Shown: in pieces, positions 44,457 to 54,008 of the stretch
Layout of the letters: the number at the start of each line of letters is the position of its first letter
Position numbering within the stretch: the stretch's first letter is position 1
From: Oscillospiraceae bacterium
GTDB lineage: Bacteria > Bacillota > Clostridia > Oscillospirales > Oscillospiraceae
NCBI GenBank assembly: GCA_902767915.1
Contig: CACXJE010000004.1
Span: 22,692-86,691, forward strand
Reading direction: 5' to 3'
Length of the DNA: 64,000 nucleotides
Notes under the pieces: generated by a model
Told to the model about the DNA's origin: nothing
Seen by the model: only the letters and a program-made list of their open reading frames with translations
Database searches by the model: none
Made by a program: the position numbers and the translations under genes

Positions 44457-46346
44457 TTATGTTCGTTCCCGCAGCAGCTTAAACTGTTCGGCGCTGGTGC
44501 AGACCCGCAGAACGCCGCGCTCCTGCATATCCAGCAGGGCAGCGCAGAGGCGGCGCATCTTCTCCTCGCTCCATGTCCAGACGTCCGAGGCCGCGGGCTG
44601 GGGCTCCACGCTGTGAAACATCAGCACCAGGGCTCCACGGCGTTTTACGCAGTCCCGGACCAAAGTTAGAATCTGGGGCACAGTCACGTCCCCCATGACG
44701 GGAACGCTGTAGAGAATCTTCCCGTCGCATTCGGTCATAATCGTATCGTGATAGGCAATCCGATAGAAAATCGGAAGGTGGATGACTCTCCCTGCTTTTC
44801 GGAGCATCGTACGCAACAGTTTCCTGGATCGGATCCGGTAGCTGATACGGATATATTTCACGTTGCCGCAAAAGGGATCGGATCCATCCGGCTGGAGCAG
44901 TTCGGGAGCGATCTTGGAATTCGGACTGGCGAACCCGAACGCTGTATTATCATCCAGTGCCAGCCATTCACGCAGTTTCCCAGCGCACGCAGACACATCC
45001 TCCGGCGTGTTCTGGTGCCGATCCCCGTGCATAGCGATCTCAATCTCTGGCTCCGCGGCAAGTCGTTGAACATCTTCACGTTTCATCGCAGGTTTGTCGC
45101 ACGGAAGCTGTTCCGTTGGGCAGGTCCTGTCCACATAACCCGTGGTAATGTTGAGCGTCATAGGCAGTCTATTGGGGGAAAACAGGCTGTCCGCCAAAGC
45201 AGCATTGTCACCCCGTCCGTCATCGAAGGAAAAGCTGACTACTGCCTCGCTTCGATAAATGGAGTAAAGGGGTTGATACGCCTCCCGAAAATCATATCCG
45301 CTGGTCATAAGCTCTTCGCAGCCCTTTGCGGCGTCTCTCCGCTTCGCGTCGAGCAGCGCGGATATCCACGACTCCGGAGTCTCCAGGGAAAGAGGCTTAA
45401 CAAGCTCGGTCAGCAGTGCGTCCTTTGGAATTCGATCGGAAACAACACAGGGCAAGCCATTCGCCTGCGCTTCCAAAAGCGCCAGAGGGGTCCCCTCGCG
45501 CAACGAAGGAAACGCAAATACATCCATAACGCTTAGCAATTCATTAACATTGCTTACACCGCCTGTGAACATTACGGCATCTCGGACGCCGCAGCTCTGC
45601 GCGATTGTTTCGAGCCGCGTCCGTTCTTCCTCGATTCCGCCGCCCACCAGCAGCAGCAACACTTTCGGATTCCTTTTTCGCAGTTCCGGTAGCAGCCGGA
45701 TCAGAAATTCCTGATTCTTGACAGGGAGAATCGTACCCACGTGGCCGATCACATAGGAGTCCTCCGCAATCCCGCAGGCCTCTCTCAACCGGTTCCGATT
45801 TTCCTCGGAAAACGCACAGGCCGCTGTGTCGATCCCATTTTTTAATACGATCCCGCGCTTATCAAACGCTCGTTTTCCAAACATCCAGCGACCTGCATCT
45901 ATACCGCAGGCCATAAGATGTGTCGCATTTCTACGAACCAGATGCCTCATCAAGCATTCGTACAGCTTTTGCGCCGTCGAAACCGCACACTCGGTTTTCG
46001 TGGTATGAGAATGGGCGATTCGGATCGGGACCCGCATGAGCTTTGCAATCAACATATTGAAACCACTGTTGAACTGGGTATGCGAATGTACCGTGGTATA
46101 GCGATATTTGCGGATCAAATCTGCGATTGTCTGGCAATAGCGCAAATATCCCCTCCTGGGTGATGGAATCGTAATGACCTTTCCACCATGCGCCTCAATT
46201 TCCGGTCCGTATACGTTTTCATAGCCCTCGAATACTACATAATGAAATTCAAACTGCTTCTCATGGGCATAACAGCAAATATTAGCCGCGATCCGTTCCG
46301 CACCTCCTATATGGAGCGCTCCGGCAACGATCAATATGCGTTCCAT
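44457..46346 (-). CDS. Fusion: GT4 glycosyltransferase + NodB-type polysaccharide deacetylase
   Basis: 629 aa. N-terminal half GGAERIA...REGTPLALLEAQANGLPCVVSD. C-terminal half VSFSFDDGRGDN (NodB motif 1-like) and MHGDRHQN (His motif). Confidence 0.7.
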   Translation of the reverse strand: MERILIVAGALHIGGAERIAANICCYAHEKQFEFHYVVFEGYENVYGPEIEAHGGKVITIPSPRRGYLRYCQTIADLIRKYRYTTVHSHTQFNSGFNMLIAKLMRVPIRIAHSHTTKTECAVSTAQKLYECLMRHLVRRNATHLMACGIDAGRWMFGKRAFDKRGIVLKNGIDTAACAFSEENRNRLREACGIAEDSYVIGHVGTILPVKNQEFLIRLLPELRKRNPKVLLLLVGGGIEEERTRLETIAQSCGVRDAVMFTGGVSNVNELLSVMDVFAFPSLREGTPLALLEAQANGLPCVVSDRIPKDALLTELVKPLSLETPESWISALLDAKRRDAAKGCEELMTSGYDFREAYQPLYSIYRSEAVVSFSFDDGRGDNAALADSLFSPNRLPMTLNITTGYVDRTCPTEQLPCDKPAMKREDVQRLAAEPEIEIAMHGDRHQNTPEDVSACAGKLREWLALDDNTAFGFASPNSKIAPELLQPDGSDPFCGNVKYIRISYRIRSRKLLRTMLRKAGRVIHLPIFYRIAYHDTIMTECDGKILYSVPVMGDVTVPQILTLVRDCVKRRGALVLMFHSVEPQPAASDVWTWSEEKMRRLCAALLDMQERGVLRVCTSAEQFKLLRERT

Positions 46347-46441
46347 TTTTTCCCTCTTTCTTTATCTTGTGAACGGTTCCGTATATAAAACCAACGTTTT
46401 AAAAACGAATCGATATCGGAGTAATATGTTCCGTCGCCACT

Positions 46442-47431
46442 TTAATGAAGCAACCGTCCCGCAATCAAATCGATCATCCAAGTCTGTCGGAGCCGGACGG
46501 GAAGAGTGATCGCTCTGCAATATTTTGTCTTCGGGTAGCGCATATGCTTCCGATTGATCTCACCGCAGGCCTTCCAGAGGGCCCTTTGCCGTTTGGCCCA
46601 GGAAAGGCCCTCCCGGCGCAGGTCCTTGGCGTCCTTGTAGATCCCCCGGCAGACGCCGAAGTTGTAGGCTCGGCGGTACAGCTTCTTCTCCGACTCCGGG
46701 AGCACCGCCCCGGCGATGGCCTGCCGGACGAATTCCCCCGTGATCTCGAACTGAGCGGAGAGGTCCGCGTGCTGTTTCCGGGAGAGGGAGTCCTCGTTCT
46801 CCGTATTCACGTAGTAAACGATCTGATCGGAGGTCAAATAGCTGTTTACAAACATGGAATATCGGATGTTCAGAGCCCGGTCCTCGGCCACGGAGGCCCC
46901 CAGGGGGAAGCGGATTCCTTCCCGCTCCAGAATGTCCCGGCGGTAGATCTTGGCGCAGGGGGAATTAATCGTTTTATTACAGATTTCGTCTATGATCCGT
47001 GGAAAGAGCTCCTTCCGGGTCCGGAAGGCGTGAAGCGTCGGCGGCTGAGCTGGGGATTCTTTCCCTTCCGGGCAGATAGAAAATCGAATCCAGTCCCAGT
47101 CCGATTCCGCCAGCAAAGCGGAGGCCGCGGAGAGCAGATCACCGGAAACCCAGTCGTCGCTGTCCATGAAGAGCACATAGTCTCCCCGGGCCGCGTCCAG
47201 CCCCGCGTTTCTCGCGGAGGAGACGCCGCCGTTTTTCTGATCGATGAAATGAACCCGGGCATCCCGCCCGGCGTATTCGGCGCAGATCGCGCCGCTTCCG
47301 TCTCTGGAACCGTCGTTTATCAGGATCAGTTCATCTTGATCCCGGAGCTGGGGCAGCAGACTGTCCACGCAGCGGCATAGGGTCTTTTCCGCATTATAGA
47401 CAGGAATGATAACAGAATAACACGGGCTCAT
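46442..47431 (-). CDS. Glycosyltransferase family 2
   Basis: YSVIIPVYNAEKTL...LILINDGSRDGS and DSDD motifs. Confidence 0.75.
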   Translation of the reverse strand: MSPCYSVIIPVYNAEKTLCRCVDSLLPQLRDQDELILINDGSRDGSGAICAEYAGRDARVHFIDQKNGGVSSARNAGLDAARGDYVLFMDSDDWVSGDLLSAASALLAESDWDWIRFSICPEGKESPAQPPTLHAFRTRKELFPRIIDEICNKTINSPCAKIYRRDILEREGIRFPLGASVAEDRALNIRYSMFVNSYLTSDQIVYYVNTENEDSLSRKQHADLSAQFEITGEFVRQAIAGAVLPESEKKLYRRAYNFGVCRGIYKDAKDLRREGLSWAKRQRALWKACGEINRKHMRYPKTKYCRAITLPVRLRQTWMIDLIAGRLLH

Positions 47432-48345
47432 GATGGTCCCTTTCCAAAGTTCCTCAAATCAGCATCGTCTTCTTGCTGTTTGATGGTTTCCCAATCCCGC
47501 TCCAGATCAATATACATATTCCCGTGGTTGCTGCATCGCTTTTCCTCGGGTGGAAGCTGCATATAGTCCCCATAATTATTTCGAAGAACCGCGTCGTAAT
47601 CCTCTGGCGCGGCACAAGCCAAGCCTTCAAAGAGAAGGCTGACAGGCTGCTTCTGATATTGTTCGGCTGGAACAACAGCGGTAATAGATCCCCATACCTC
47701 GGCCAAGTTGTCTTTCCCTGTCTGAGAAAAGAGTCTTCGGCGGATCCATTTCGCAAAGCGCTTTCGGTTTTTACCCAACAGTCTTCGCAGCGCCGTAGCT
47801 AGCGCCGTCTTTCCTCTGCCGCTGGTCTTCTTCATCCAGTCCCGATTCTTGGCAAAGGCCTCCGCAGACATGCAGAGCACATTCGTAATAGGAATCAAGG
47901 TTTTTTTCAGCTTTACATCCATTTTTCCGCCCACAGAGATCAGAGGAAAGATGTCAATCCAGACGCCATGATGGCCGCCCTCGCACTCCCAATCACGAAT
48001 CATCGTAGAGTTGTTCCTTCGGACCCGAGCAAACCCAAACTGAAAACTTTCATCCGTATCCGACGTCTGCAAAAAGTACTTTTCGCCCAAAGCCTTTTGC
48101 CCCAGCTCCAGAAAGCGCTGGAAGTCCCGATAGGTCATAGAAATGTCTATATCGTCATCCCATGGGATGAAACCTTTATGGCGGACTGCACCCAGAAGTG
48201 TGCCGCCGGATAAAAAATATTGCAGCTTGTTATCCTCGCAGACACGCTTCACGTCGCGAAGCATATCCAGCTCAAAAAGCTGAAGATCTCTCAAATTTGG
48301 CCGTGCCATAATCTCGCTCCTTTGTAATGGTTCCGCCGCACTCAC
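47428..48345 (-). CDS. LicD-family phosphotransferase
   Basis: YFLSGGTLLGAVRHKGFIPWDDDIDISM. Alternative start ATG 48309. More AT-rich than neighbours. Confidence 0.75.
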   Translation of the reverse strand: MSAAEPLQRSEIMARPNLRDLQLFELDMLRDVKRVCEDNKLQYFLSGGTLLGAVRHKGFIPWDDDIDISMTYRDFQRFLELGQKALGEKYFLQTSDTDESFQFGFARVRRNNSTMIRDWECEGGHHGVWIDIFPLISVGGKMDVKLKKTLIPITNVLCMSAEAFAKNRDWMKKTSGRGKTALATALRRLLGKNRKRFAKWIRRRLFSQTGKDNLAEVWGSITAVVPAEQYQKQPVSLLFEGLACAAPEDYDAVLRNNYGDYMQLPPEEKRCSNHGNMYIDLERDWETIKQQEDDADLRNFGKGPS

Positions 48346-49199
48346 TCCAGCGCCTTCGCCTGTTCCTCCGGGGAAAGCTCCTCATAGTTCCGGGTGAAGT
48401 CCACTAGCAGGGGCGGGTGCTTCCAGACCCGATCCTCCTCGGGAGGGAGCTGCCGGAAGTCGCCGTAGCGGAGGGTCAGAAATTCCTCCGCCCTTGCGAA
48501 GGCGGAGTAGGTCCTGCCATGGAAGCCGATCCTTTGCAGGGAATCAAACAGATCGGCCGGATAGTACCGCTTGCAATCCCGGATTGTGACCGGACAGACG
48601 AGATACGCGGCGGGCTTGCCGTTCCAGCGCCGTCCGCGGCGGGCAAAATGCTGACTGAGCGCATAATATCTCTTTTTCGGCACGAGGCTAAGCAGCATTC
48701 GTTCGCCGAATCCGACGATCCCCTTGCTGCCGCTGGGAAAGCCCCGATTGAACAGGAGCATGAGCGCGAAATCCGCATACTGCAGCTTTCGTGCCAGCTT
48801 GCCATGCGGTACGTGTTCTGCGGGAAAAATATCGTTGAAAACCCCCTTGTGAAAGTGCGCGGTGCTCTCAGACTCGAATTGCAGAAAGGTTGTGTGGTCC
48901 TTTCTGGCCTTGGAAAACACGTTGCAGTTTTCCGGGTCCAGATCACAGCGGTCCAGGATCAGAGTTTTGGGAGCTGCAGTCGGCCAAAGCTCCATCAGCC
49001 TGTCATAATCCTCCCGCGGCATCATAATATCCACGTCATCGTCCCAAGGGATAAAGCCTCTGTGACGGACCGCTCCCAGCAGGGTCCCATAGGCCAGAGA
49101 ATAACGCAGATCATGATGGGTACAAAGGCGATCCAGCTCATCCAGAATGGATTGCTCCGCGTCCCAGACCTCTTGCATATTGATTTCTTCCGGTCTCAT
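48342..49199 (-). CDS. LicD-family phosphotransferase
   Basis: YSLAYGTLLGAVRHRGFIPWDDDVDIMM; ATGA-type overlap with the downstream LicD gene. Confidence 0.75.
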   Translation of the reverse strand: MRPEEINMQEVWDAEQSILDELDRLCTHHDLRYSLAYGTLLGAVRHRGFIPWDDDVDIMMPREDYDRLMELWPTAAPKTLILDRCDLDPENCNVFSKARKDHTTFLQFESESTAHFHKGVFNDIFPAEHVPHGKLARKLQYADFALMLLFNRGFPSGSKGIVGFGERMLLSLVPKKRYYALSQHFARRGRRWNGKPAAYLVCPVTIRDCKRYYPADLFDSLQRIGFHGRTYSAFARAEEFLTLRYGDFRQLPPEEDRVWKHPPLLVDFTRNYEELSPEEQAKALE

Positions 49200-49209
49200 A
49201 GGCGTCCTT

Positions 49210-50343
49210 TCAGCTTGTAAGCTCGTTCAGCAGTCGGGAAAGCTCCTCCCGGGTGGAGCGGACCGCGTAGGGCCGGGCGGCGGCTTCTCCGGCCTCGCCC
49301 AGGGTCTTTCTCAGCTCCGACTCCTCCGCGAGCCGCAGCAGCAGGGCGGCCAGGCAGTCGGCGTCCCCCGCGTCGAAGAGGAAGCCCGTCTCCCCCTCCC
49401 GGACCAGCTCGTCGTGGCCGCGGTTATGTGAGGCGACGACAGGCTTTTGGCAGAGCATAGCTTCGATGATATTCAGGGGCATGCCCTCGCGGTGACTGCA
49501 GGAGACCACCAGGTCCACAGCCGGGACAACCTTCTCCAGGTCGGTGCGGTAACCGAGGAGCTTGACGATGCCCTCCAGTCCTTCGGCTTGGATCTGGTCC
49601 CGCAGTTCCTGCTCCTTTGGACCGTTGCCGGCCAGGAGAACCCTCAGATTCGGGATCTTGTCCTTCAGCTGGGCAGCGGCGGAAATCAATGTCTTTTGGT
49701 TCTTGTTTTCGTTGAGCTCACCGGTACAGAGGATCACGAAGTCCTCCGGTGACAGGCCCTCGGCCTTGCGCATGGCGAGCTGTTCCTCCGGCGTTGCCGG
49801 ATGGTAGCGCTTCTCGTCCACACCAACGCCGTGGATGTGGGCCACCTTCGTGCGTTTGCTGAACTTCTCCTTCGCCAGGGCATAGTCTTCCTTGTTGATG
49901 GTGATCAGCAGGTCGCACTTCTTCGCCATATACTTCTCGATGGGGTAGAAGATCAGCCAGGCCTTCTTGGAAGATCCCTTGTAGAAATGGAATCCGTGGG
50001 CCATGTAGATGACCTTGGTGCCCTGCTTTCGGGTCTTCTTCGCCGCCAGGCGGGTAACGATGCTCCCCATGGGCGTGTTGCAGAGGATCACGTCGTAGTG
50101 CTCCTCCGACAGGAGCTTCTTGAGCTGCTTGTACGCTTTCAGATTGTCCGGGCTCCTGGGAGACCGGGAGAAGGGCGTCTCTATGAACTTGTCACAGTAT
50201 TTGAGCTGCAAGCCGTTCTTGACCGCCAGGTTGTCGTGGGCGGCCACGTGGACCTCCCAGCCCTGCTCCTGCAGATATTTCATGTGGGGCAGATGAAACT
50301 GGCAGACGTGGGAAAGAACGGTGGCGGTGTAAAGGATTTTCAT
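49210..50343 (-). CDS. Glycosyltransferase family 4
   Basis: Start trimmed to ATG 50343 (MKILYTATVLSHV) with GGAGGTACC upstream. REGMPLNIIEAMLCQKPVV. Confidence 0.75.
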   Translation of the reverse strand: MKILYTATVLSHVCQFHLPHMKYLQEQGWEVHVAAHDNLAVKNGLQLKYCDKFIETPFSRSPRSPDNLKAYKQLKKLLSEEHYDVILCNTPMGSIVTRLAAKKTRKQGTKVIYMAHGFHFYKGSSKKAWLIFYPIEKYMAKKCDLLITINKEDYALAKEKFSKRTKVAHIHGVGVDEKRYHPATPEEQLAMRKAEGLSPEDFVILCTGELNENKNQKTLISAAAQLKDKIPNLRVLLAGNGPKEQELRDQIQAEGLEGIVKLLGYRTDLEKVVPAVDLVVSCSHREGMPLNIIEAMLCQKPVVASHNRGHDELVREGETGFLFDAGDADCLAALLLRLAEESELRKTLGEAGEAAARPYAVRSTREELSRLLNELTS

Positions 50344-50377
50344 ATGGTACCTCCGACGGGGGTCGGTGTTATTTTCG

Positions 50378-51295
50378 TTAAGGCGTGCTGTGCCCGGTGC
50401 TGAGCAGCAACCTGGCCCGAAGCCAAACCCGCTTGAAAAGGGTTGCAGCATCATGCCGCAGCAGCGTGCAGTAGCGGAGCCTTGCCCGGAATGGAGACAT
50501 GGGCTTCCCAGCCAGATCCCGGTTCAGGCGCTCGACCTCCAGAAGGTATTGCGCTTTCATGGTGCCGAAATTGCCCCAATGAACCAGCTTGACGGGAAAG
50601 GTTCTGCCGCCATAGGTCCAGCTTGCGGACGGCTTCAAAATGTCCATGGGAAGATCCTTGCGCTTGACGTAGATGCCCACCTCGGACACATCCACCGGCC
50701 TGCAGTCGCAGACCGCCATGCCAAGAGCCAGAACCGGCTCGTCGGCCGGCGCGTTGAAAATCACAAATGGGTATTCCTTGTAATGCGCCGCGGCATATTT
50801 CGCCAGATCAAAAACCTTTTGAGCGGTCTGTGTTTTACGGACGTAGTAGATCCCGCCGCTGAAGCTGGGCACAAAGTGGATCTGGTCCTTGAACTCGCCC
50901 ATGCCCTCCCAGCGGAACCAGCCCTTGTCGGTGGTTAAGTCATCATAGGCATAGCCGAAGCAAGAGAAATCCGGCCCGTTCTCAAAGTAGGACCACCAGT
51001 CGTCGATGGTCCCGTACACCAGGCAGTCGGCGTCAATGAAGATGGCTTCATCAAAGGGCAGGCAGTCCTGAAGCCGCAGCTTGTCCATATAGCTGTGGGT
51101 GGGCTTCGACATCAGAACGACCTTGTCGAAGGCCTTCGTGTATTCGTTTTCCTCCTCCGCTATAATCGCAAACGGAAAGGAACATCCGCCGTTGCGTCGA
51201 TAGGAGCGAAGCAGGTTGTAAGCCAACTGGTAGTAGTGCTCCGAGCCGGTGGCGATGGTGACGAAGCCCCGGCTGGAGGAGTGGTCAGCCGACAT
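50378..51295 (-). CDS. GT8-like nucleotide-diphospho-sugar transferase
   Basis: 305 aa. FVTIATGSEHYYQLAYNLLRSY and FIDADCLV (DxD). Confidence 0.55.
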   Translation of the reverse strand: MSADHSSSRGFVTIATGSEHYYQLAYNLLRSYRRNGGCSFPFAIIAEEENEYTKAFDKVVLMSKPTHSYMDKLRLQDCLPFDEAIFIDADCLVYGTIDDWWSYFENGPDFSCFGYAYDDLTTDKGWFRWEGMGEFKDQIHFVPSFSGGIYYVRKTQTAQKVFDLAKYAAAHYKEYPFVIFNAPADEPVLALGMAVCDCRPVDVSEVGIYVKRKDLPMDILKPSASWTYGGRTFPVKLVHWGNFGTMKAQYLLEVERLNRDLAGKPMSPFRARLRYCTLLRHDAATLFKRVWLRARLLLSTGHSTP

Positions 51296-51337
51296 AGGGT
51301 AGATCCTCCATGGCGTATTCGGAATCTATGTGATCGA

Positions 51338-52333
51338 TCAGTTTCTCCGCCTCCGAACAGCAATTCGCGCGGAGAGATCGATCAGAGTGATGAATCGCAT
51401 ACGAATCGGGATCGCGATCAGCGGGGTCGTCAGCTTGTCCGGACAATCGGAAAAAACATGACAGATTTCCCGGACCTTTGCCCGACGTTGTTTCCTTGTC
51501 AGGTCATACTTCAACAGCTCAGCAGCCGAAGAGTAGGCGCTCCGGTAGTAAACCCAGCTGACCGCTGAAGATAGATTCCGTGCATTCTTGCCCTCCGGCT
51601 TTGCCTGCTGCAGCATGGCCGAGCGGCGAAGGCCGGCGTCATGCAGCTGCTGACAGAGATAATCCCGGCGTTTTCTGGTCAGGGATTCCTCGTTTTCCAG
51701 ACTGGTATTGTACAGGACTCCATCAATCATGTTCAGCCTGCTGACATGCAAGCTGTAGGAGAACACAAAGTTCATGTCCTCGTCGATGCACAGGGCTTCG
51801 TTGAAGCGCAGGTGGTTCGCTTCGATCAGATCCCGCCGAAACACCTTGGACCACAGCGTGTTCAGCTCCCCCATTCGAAGATACCGGGCAACAACTCCCA
51901 GAACCTCGTCCCTTCCGCGAACGATTCGATTCTCCACCGGGACCTCATAGGTGTTCCGACCGAACAGCCGGTGCGCAAAGATGACGAGCTCCGGATCGCC
52001 CTGGGCAAGCGTGCGGTCAATTTCCCGGAAGTAGTCCGGCGAAACATAGTCGTCGCTGTCCACAAACAGGATATAGGTTCCCCTGGCCAGCTCCAAGCCA
52101 AGATTGCGCGCTGCAGAAACGCCGTGGTTTTCCGTGGTTCTACAGAGGATATTGGGGATTTTTCGGGCATATGACGCGCAAATCTCCGCACTCCGGTCCG
52201 TAGATCCGTCGTTGATCAGAAGCAGTTCGGCATCCGGGTAATTCTGCTCCAAAATGCTGTCCAAACAACGTGAAAGAGTTTTTTCCGAATTGTAGATCGG
52301 AACAATAATCGAATACTTCATGATTTCAGACAA
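51338..52333 (-). CDS. Glycosyltransferase family 2
   Basis: YSIIVPIYNSEKTL...LLLINDGSTDRS and DSDD motifs. Start is TTG 52333 (GGAG 4 nt upstream) or ATG 52321. Confidence 0.7.
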   Translation of the reverse strand: MSEIMKYSIIVPIYNSEKTLSRCLDSILEQNYPDAELLLINDGSTDRSAEICASYARKIPNILCRTTENHGVSAARNLGLELARGTYILFVDSDDYVSPDYFREIDRTLAQGDPELVIFAHRLFGRNTYEVPVENRIVRGRDEVLGVVARYLRMGELNTLWSKVFRRDLIEANHLRFNEALCIDEDMNFVFSYSLHVSRLNMIDGVLYNTSLENEESLTRKRRDYLCQQLHDAGLRRSAMLQQAKPEGKNARNLSSAVSWVYYRSAYSSAAELLKYDLTRKQRRAKVREICHVFSDCPDKLTTPLIAIPIRMRFITLIDLSARIAVRRRRN

Positions 52334-52342
52334 TCCGCTCCA

Positions 52343-53914
52343 TTAAAACCGAATTCTGGAGAATACTTCCAAATAAATGCGCATTAGCAGGGCTCGCTTG
52401 TCTGTGTGAGCCAAGTTCTTAACCACAACACTGGTTTTGGTAATTGCCGGGTTCATATGCTGAATAATATCTTTCGGGATTGCGTCTTCTTTGCGTAGTT
52501 CCAGCGGAACCGTCAACATTTTCGCCACATATCGTCTGTTATTGAACGGAATCGCGATCTCGGAAGACGTTCGGTGCTCAGCGGTAAGGAAAATTCCTTC
52601 CCCGCCGCTCCAGCAGAATTCCCACCAGAACAGCTCCACCCAAGGAGCCATTTTAAGAACCTGCTCCGGATAATACTGCTTGAGATAAGCCCGGAACACC
52701 TTGTCCGTGTCGTGAATCAGTCTGGGAGAAACATAGATTTTGTGTAGCGCTCTGCACAAGCTCGCTGTCGGCTTGGCCGGAAACTTCTTTTTATTGTACT
52801 TGACATACTGAGATCCGCGTCCCAGCTCATTCACCCATGATTTGATTTCCACATCGTATTTCGGATTCTGAATGAAGTACAATCTCTTTCGGACATCATT
52901 CGGGTTGTTCTTTCCGATGCATCCAGCGTTACACTCTAAAACGGCCGCAAACGTTTCCATGTCAGAAAGGGCAGAATCGTCTGCAGGGATTTCATAGATT
53001 TCGTGCGGTAACCCGAGTCGAGTGCAAATCTCCTTTGCCGCCAAGGCATCAACACGCTCTGCCTCATTTGAGATATAACTGAAATAATGGAATCTGTCGT
53101 ACAAGCCATTGGCACATGCAAGTGTAGTTGTGCTGTCGCGACCACCTGTTATGCTGATGGAAACCTTTTTCCCCGGCCATTTTTTCGAATAAAGGGAAAG
53201 AGTTTTGTGTAATGTGTCAGACAGCCAGAGAATTGTCTCCTGGTAGTCTGTTTCCGTCGGCTCCTCGCAAATCGCTTCTGTCGGGAAAAAACGAGTCGGT
53301 TCCAGCTTGCCAACGGTTGAAGAAATATAGTGATTTGGCACAAGCCTGCGGAGCTCAGTATACGGTGACAAGTCTCCGGGAAGCCAGGTTCCCATGTAAT
53401 GATAAAAATGGCTTCCTACCAATCGCCGGATATACTTGCTTTGCTCCAAGCCAGTCAGGTCTGCAACCAGCTTGCTGTGAGACGTGAAATAGTGCTTTCC
53501 ATGAATCGTACCGTAGTATACGATTTGCATCCCAGCGCAGTCATTGGAGATGTAGATTGCGTCATCAGTAACCAATCCGGTGCAATAGACTCCGGTTAGA
53601 TCCGCTTGAGCGTTATAATACGCGTCAATCCCCTCTTTTTGATATGCGGCAGAAAGCTTTTTTAGGATGGCAGTTTCCTCGGTCAGCAAGTCGAAGGGGT
53701 CAACTGCATGTCCGATGAGAAAGAAGGAAGCATCCCCTTCGGTACATGTTATCATCCGCGCATTCTTGTGGACAAAAATATGATACCCCCGCAGCTTGGC
53801 TGTGATCCAGTTTCCGTAAAAAGGGTATTGATCATTGATGCTGTAATCCTGGTTTGTGATCAGAAAGCCGTTTGCATACAGCTTCTCCTGGAGATACTGC
53901 TTTCCGTCCAGCAA
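52343..53914 (-). CDS. Asparagine-synthetase-like PP-loop ATP pyrophosphatase (no N-terminal catalytic Cys)
   Basis: 523 aa. SISITGGRDSTT (SGGxDS PP-loop). The N-terminal domain is Ntn-amidotransferase-sized but begins MLDGK rather than MCG. The only in-frame start is TTG 53914, 22 nt from the GGAGG box. Markedly AT-richer than the rest of the locus. Confidence 0.6.
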   Translation of the reverse strand: MLDGKQYLQEKLYANGFLITNQDYSINDQYPFYGNWITAKLRGYHIFVHKNARMITCTEGDASFFLIGHAVDPFDLLTEETAILKKLSAAYQKEGIDAYYNAQADLTGVYCTGLVTDDAIYISNDCAGMQIVYYGTIHGKHYFTSHSKLVADLTGLEQSKYIRRLVGSHFYHYMGTWLPGDLSPYTELRRLVPNHYISSTVGKLEPTRFFPTEAICEEPTETDYQETILWLSDTLHKTLSLYSKKWPGKKVSISITGGRDSTTTLACANGLYDRFHYFSYISNEAERVDALAAKEICTRLGLPHEIYEIPADDSALSDMETFAAVLECNAGCIGKNNPNDVRKRLYFIQNPKYDVEIKSWVNELGRGSQYVKYNKKKFPAKPTASLCRALHKIYVSPRLIHDTDKVFRAYLKQYYPEQVLKMAPWVELFWWEFCWSGGEGIFLTAEHRTSSEIAIPFNNRRYVAKMLTVPLELRKEDAIPKDIIQHMNPAITKTSVVVKNLAHTDKRALLMRIYLEVFSRIRF

Positions 53915-53979
53915 AGTAACAAGGCAATTTGCAGCACCTCCTATTGCAGGCTATAAAACCCCATCAATAGCCAACCTAT

Positions 53980-54008
53980 ATTATACATTGATGTAATTAA
54001 AAAGGCAA
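53980..54008 (-). promoter_or_regulatory. Candidate sigma-70-type promoter of the glycopolymer locus
   Basis: Minus strand reads TTGCCT - 17 nt - TATAAT (-35 at 54003-54008, -10 at 53980-53985), about 60 nt upstream of the first gene. Confidence 0.5.
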
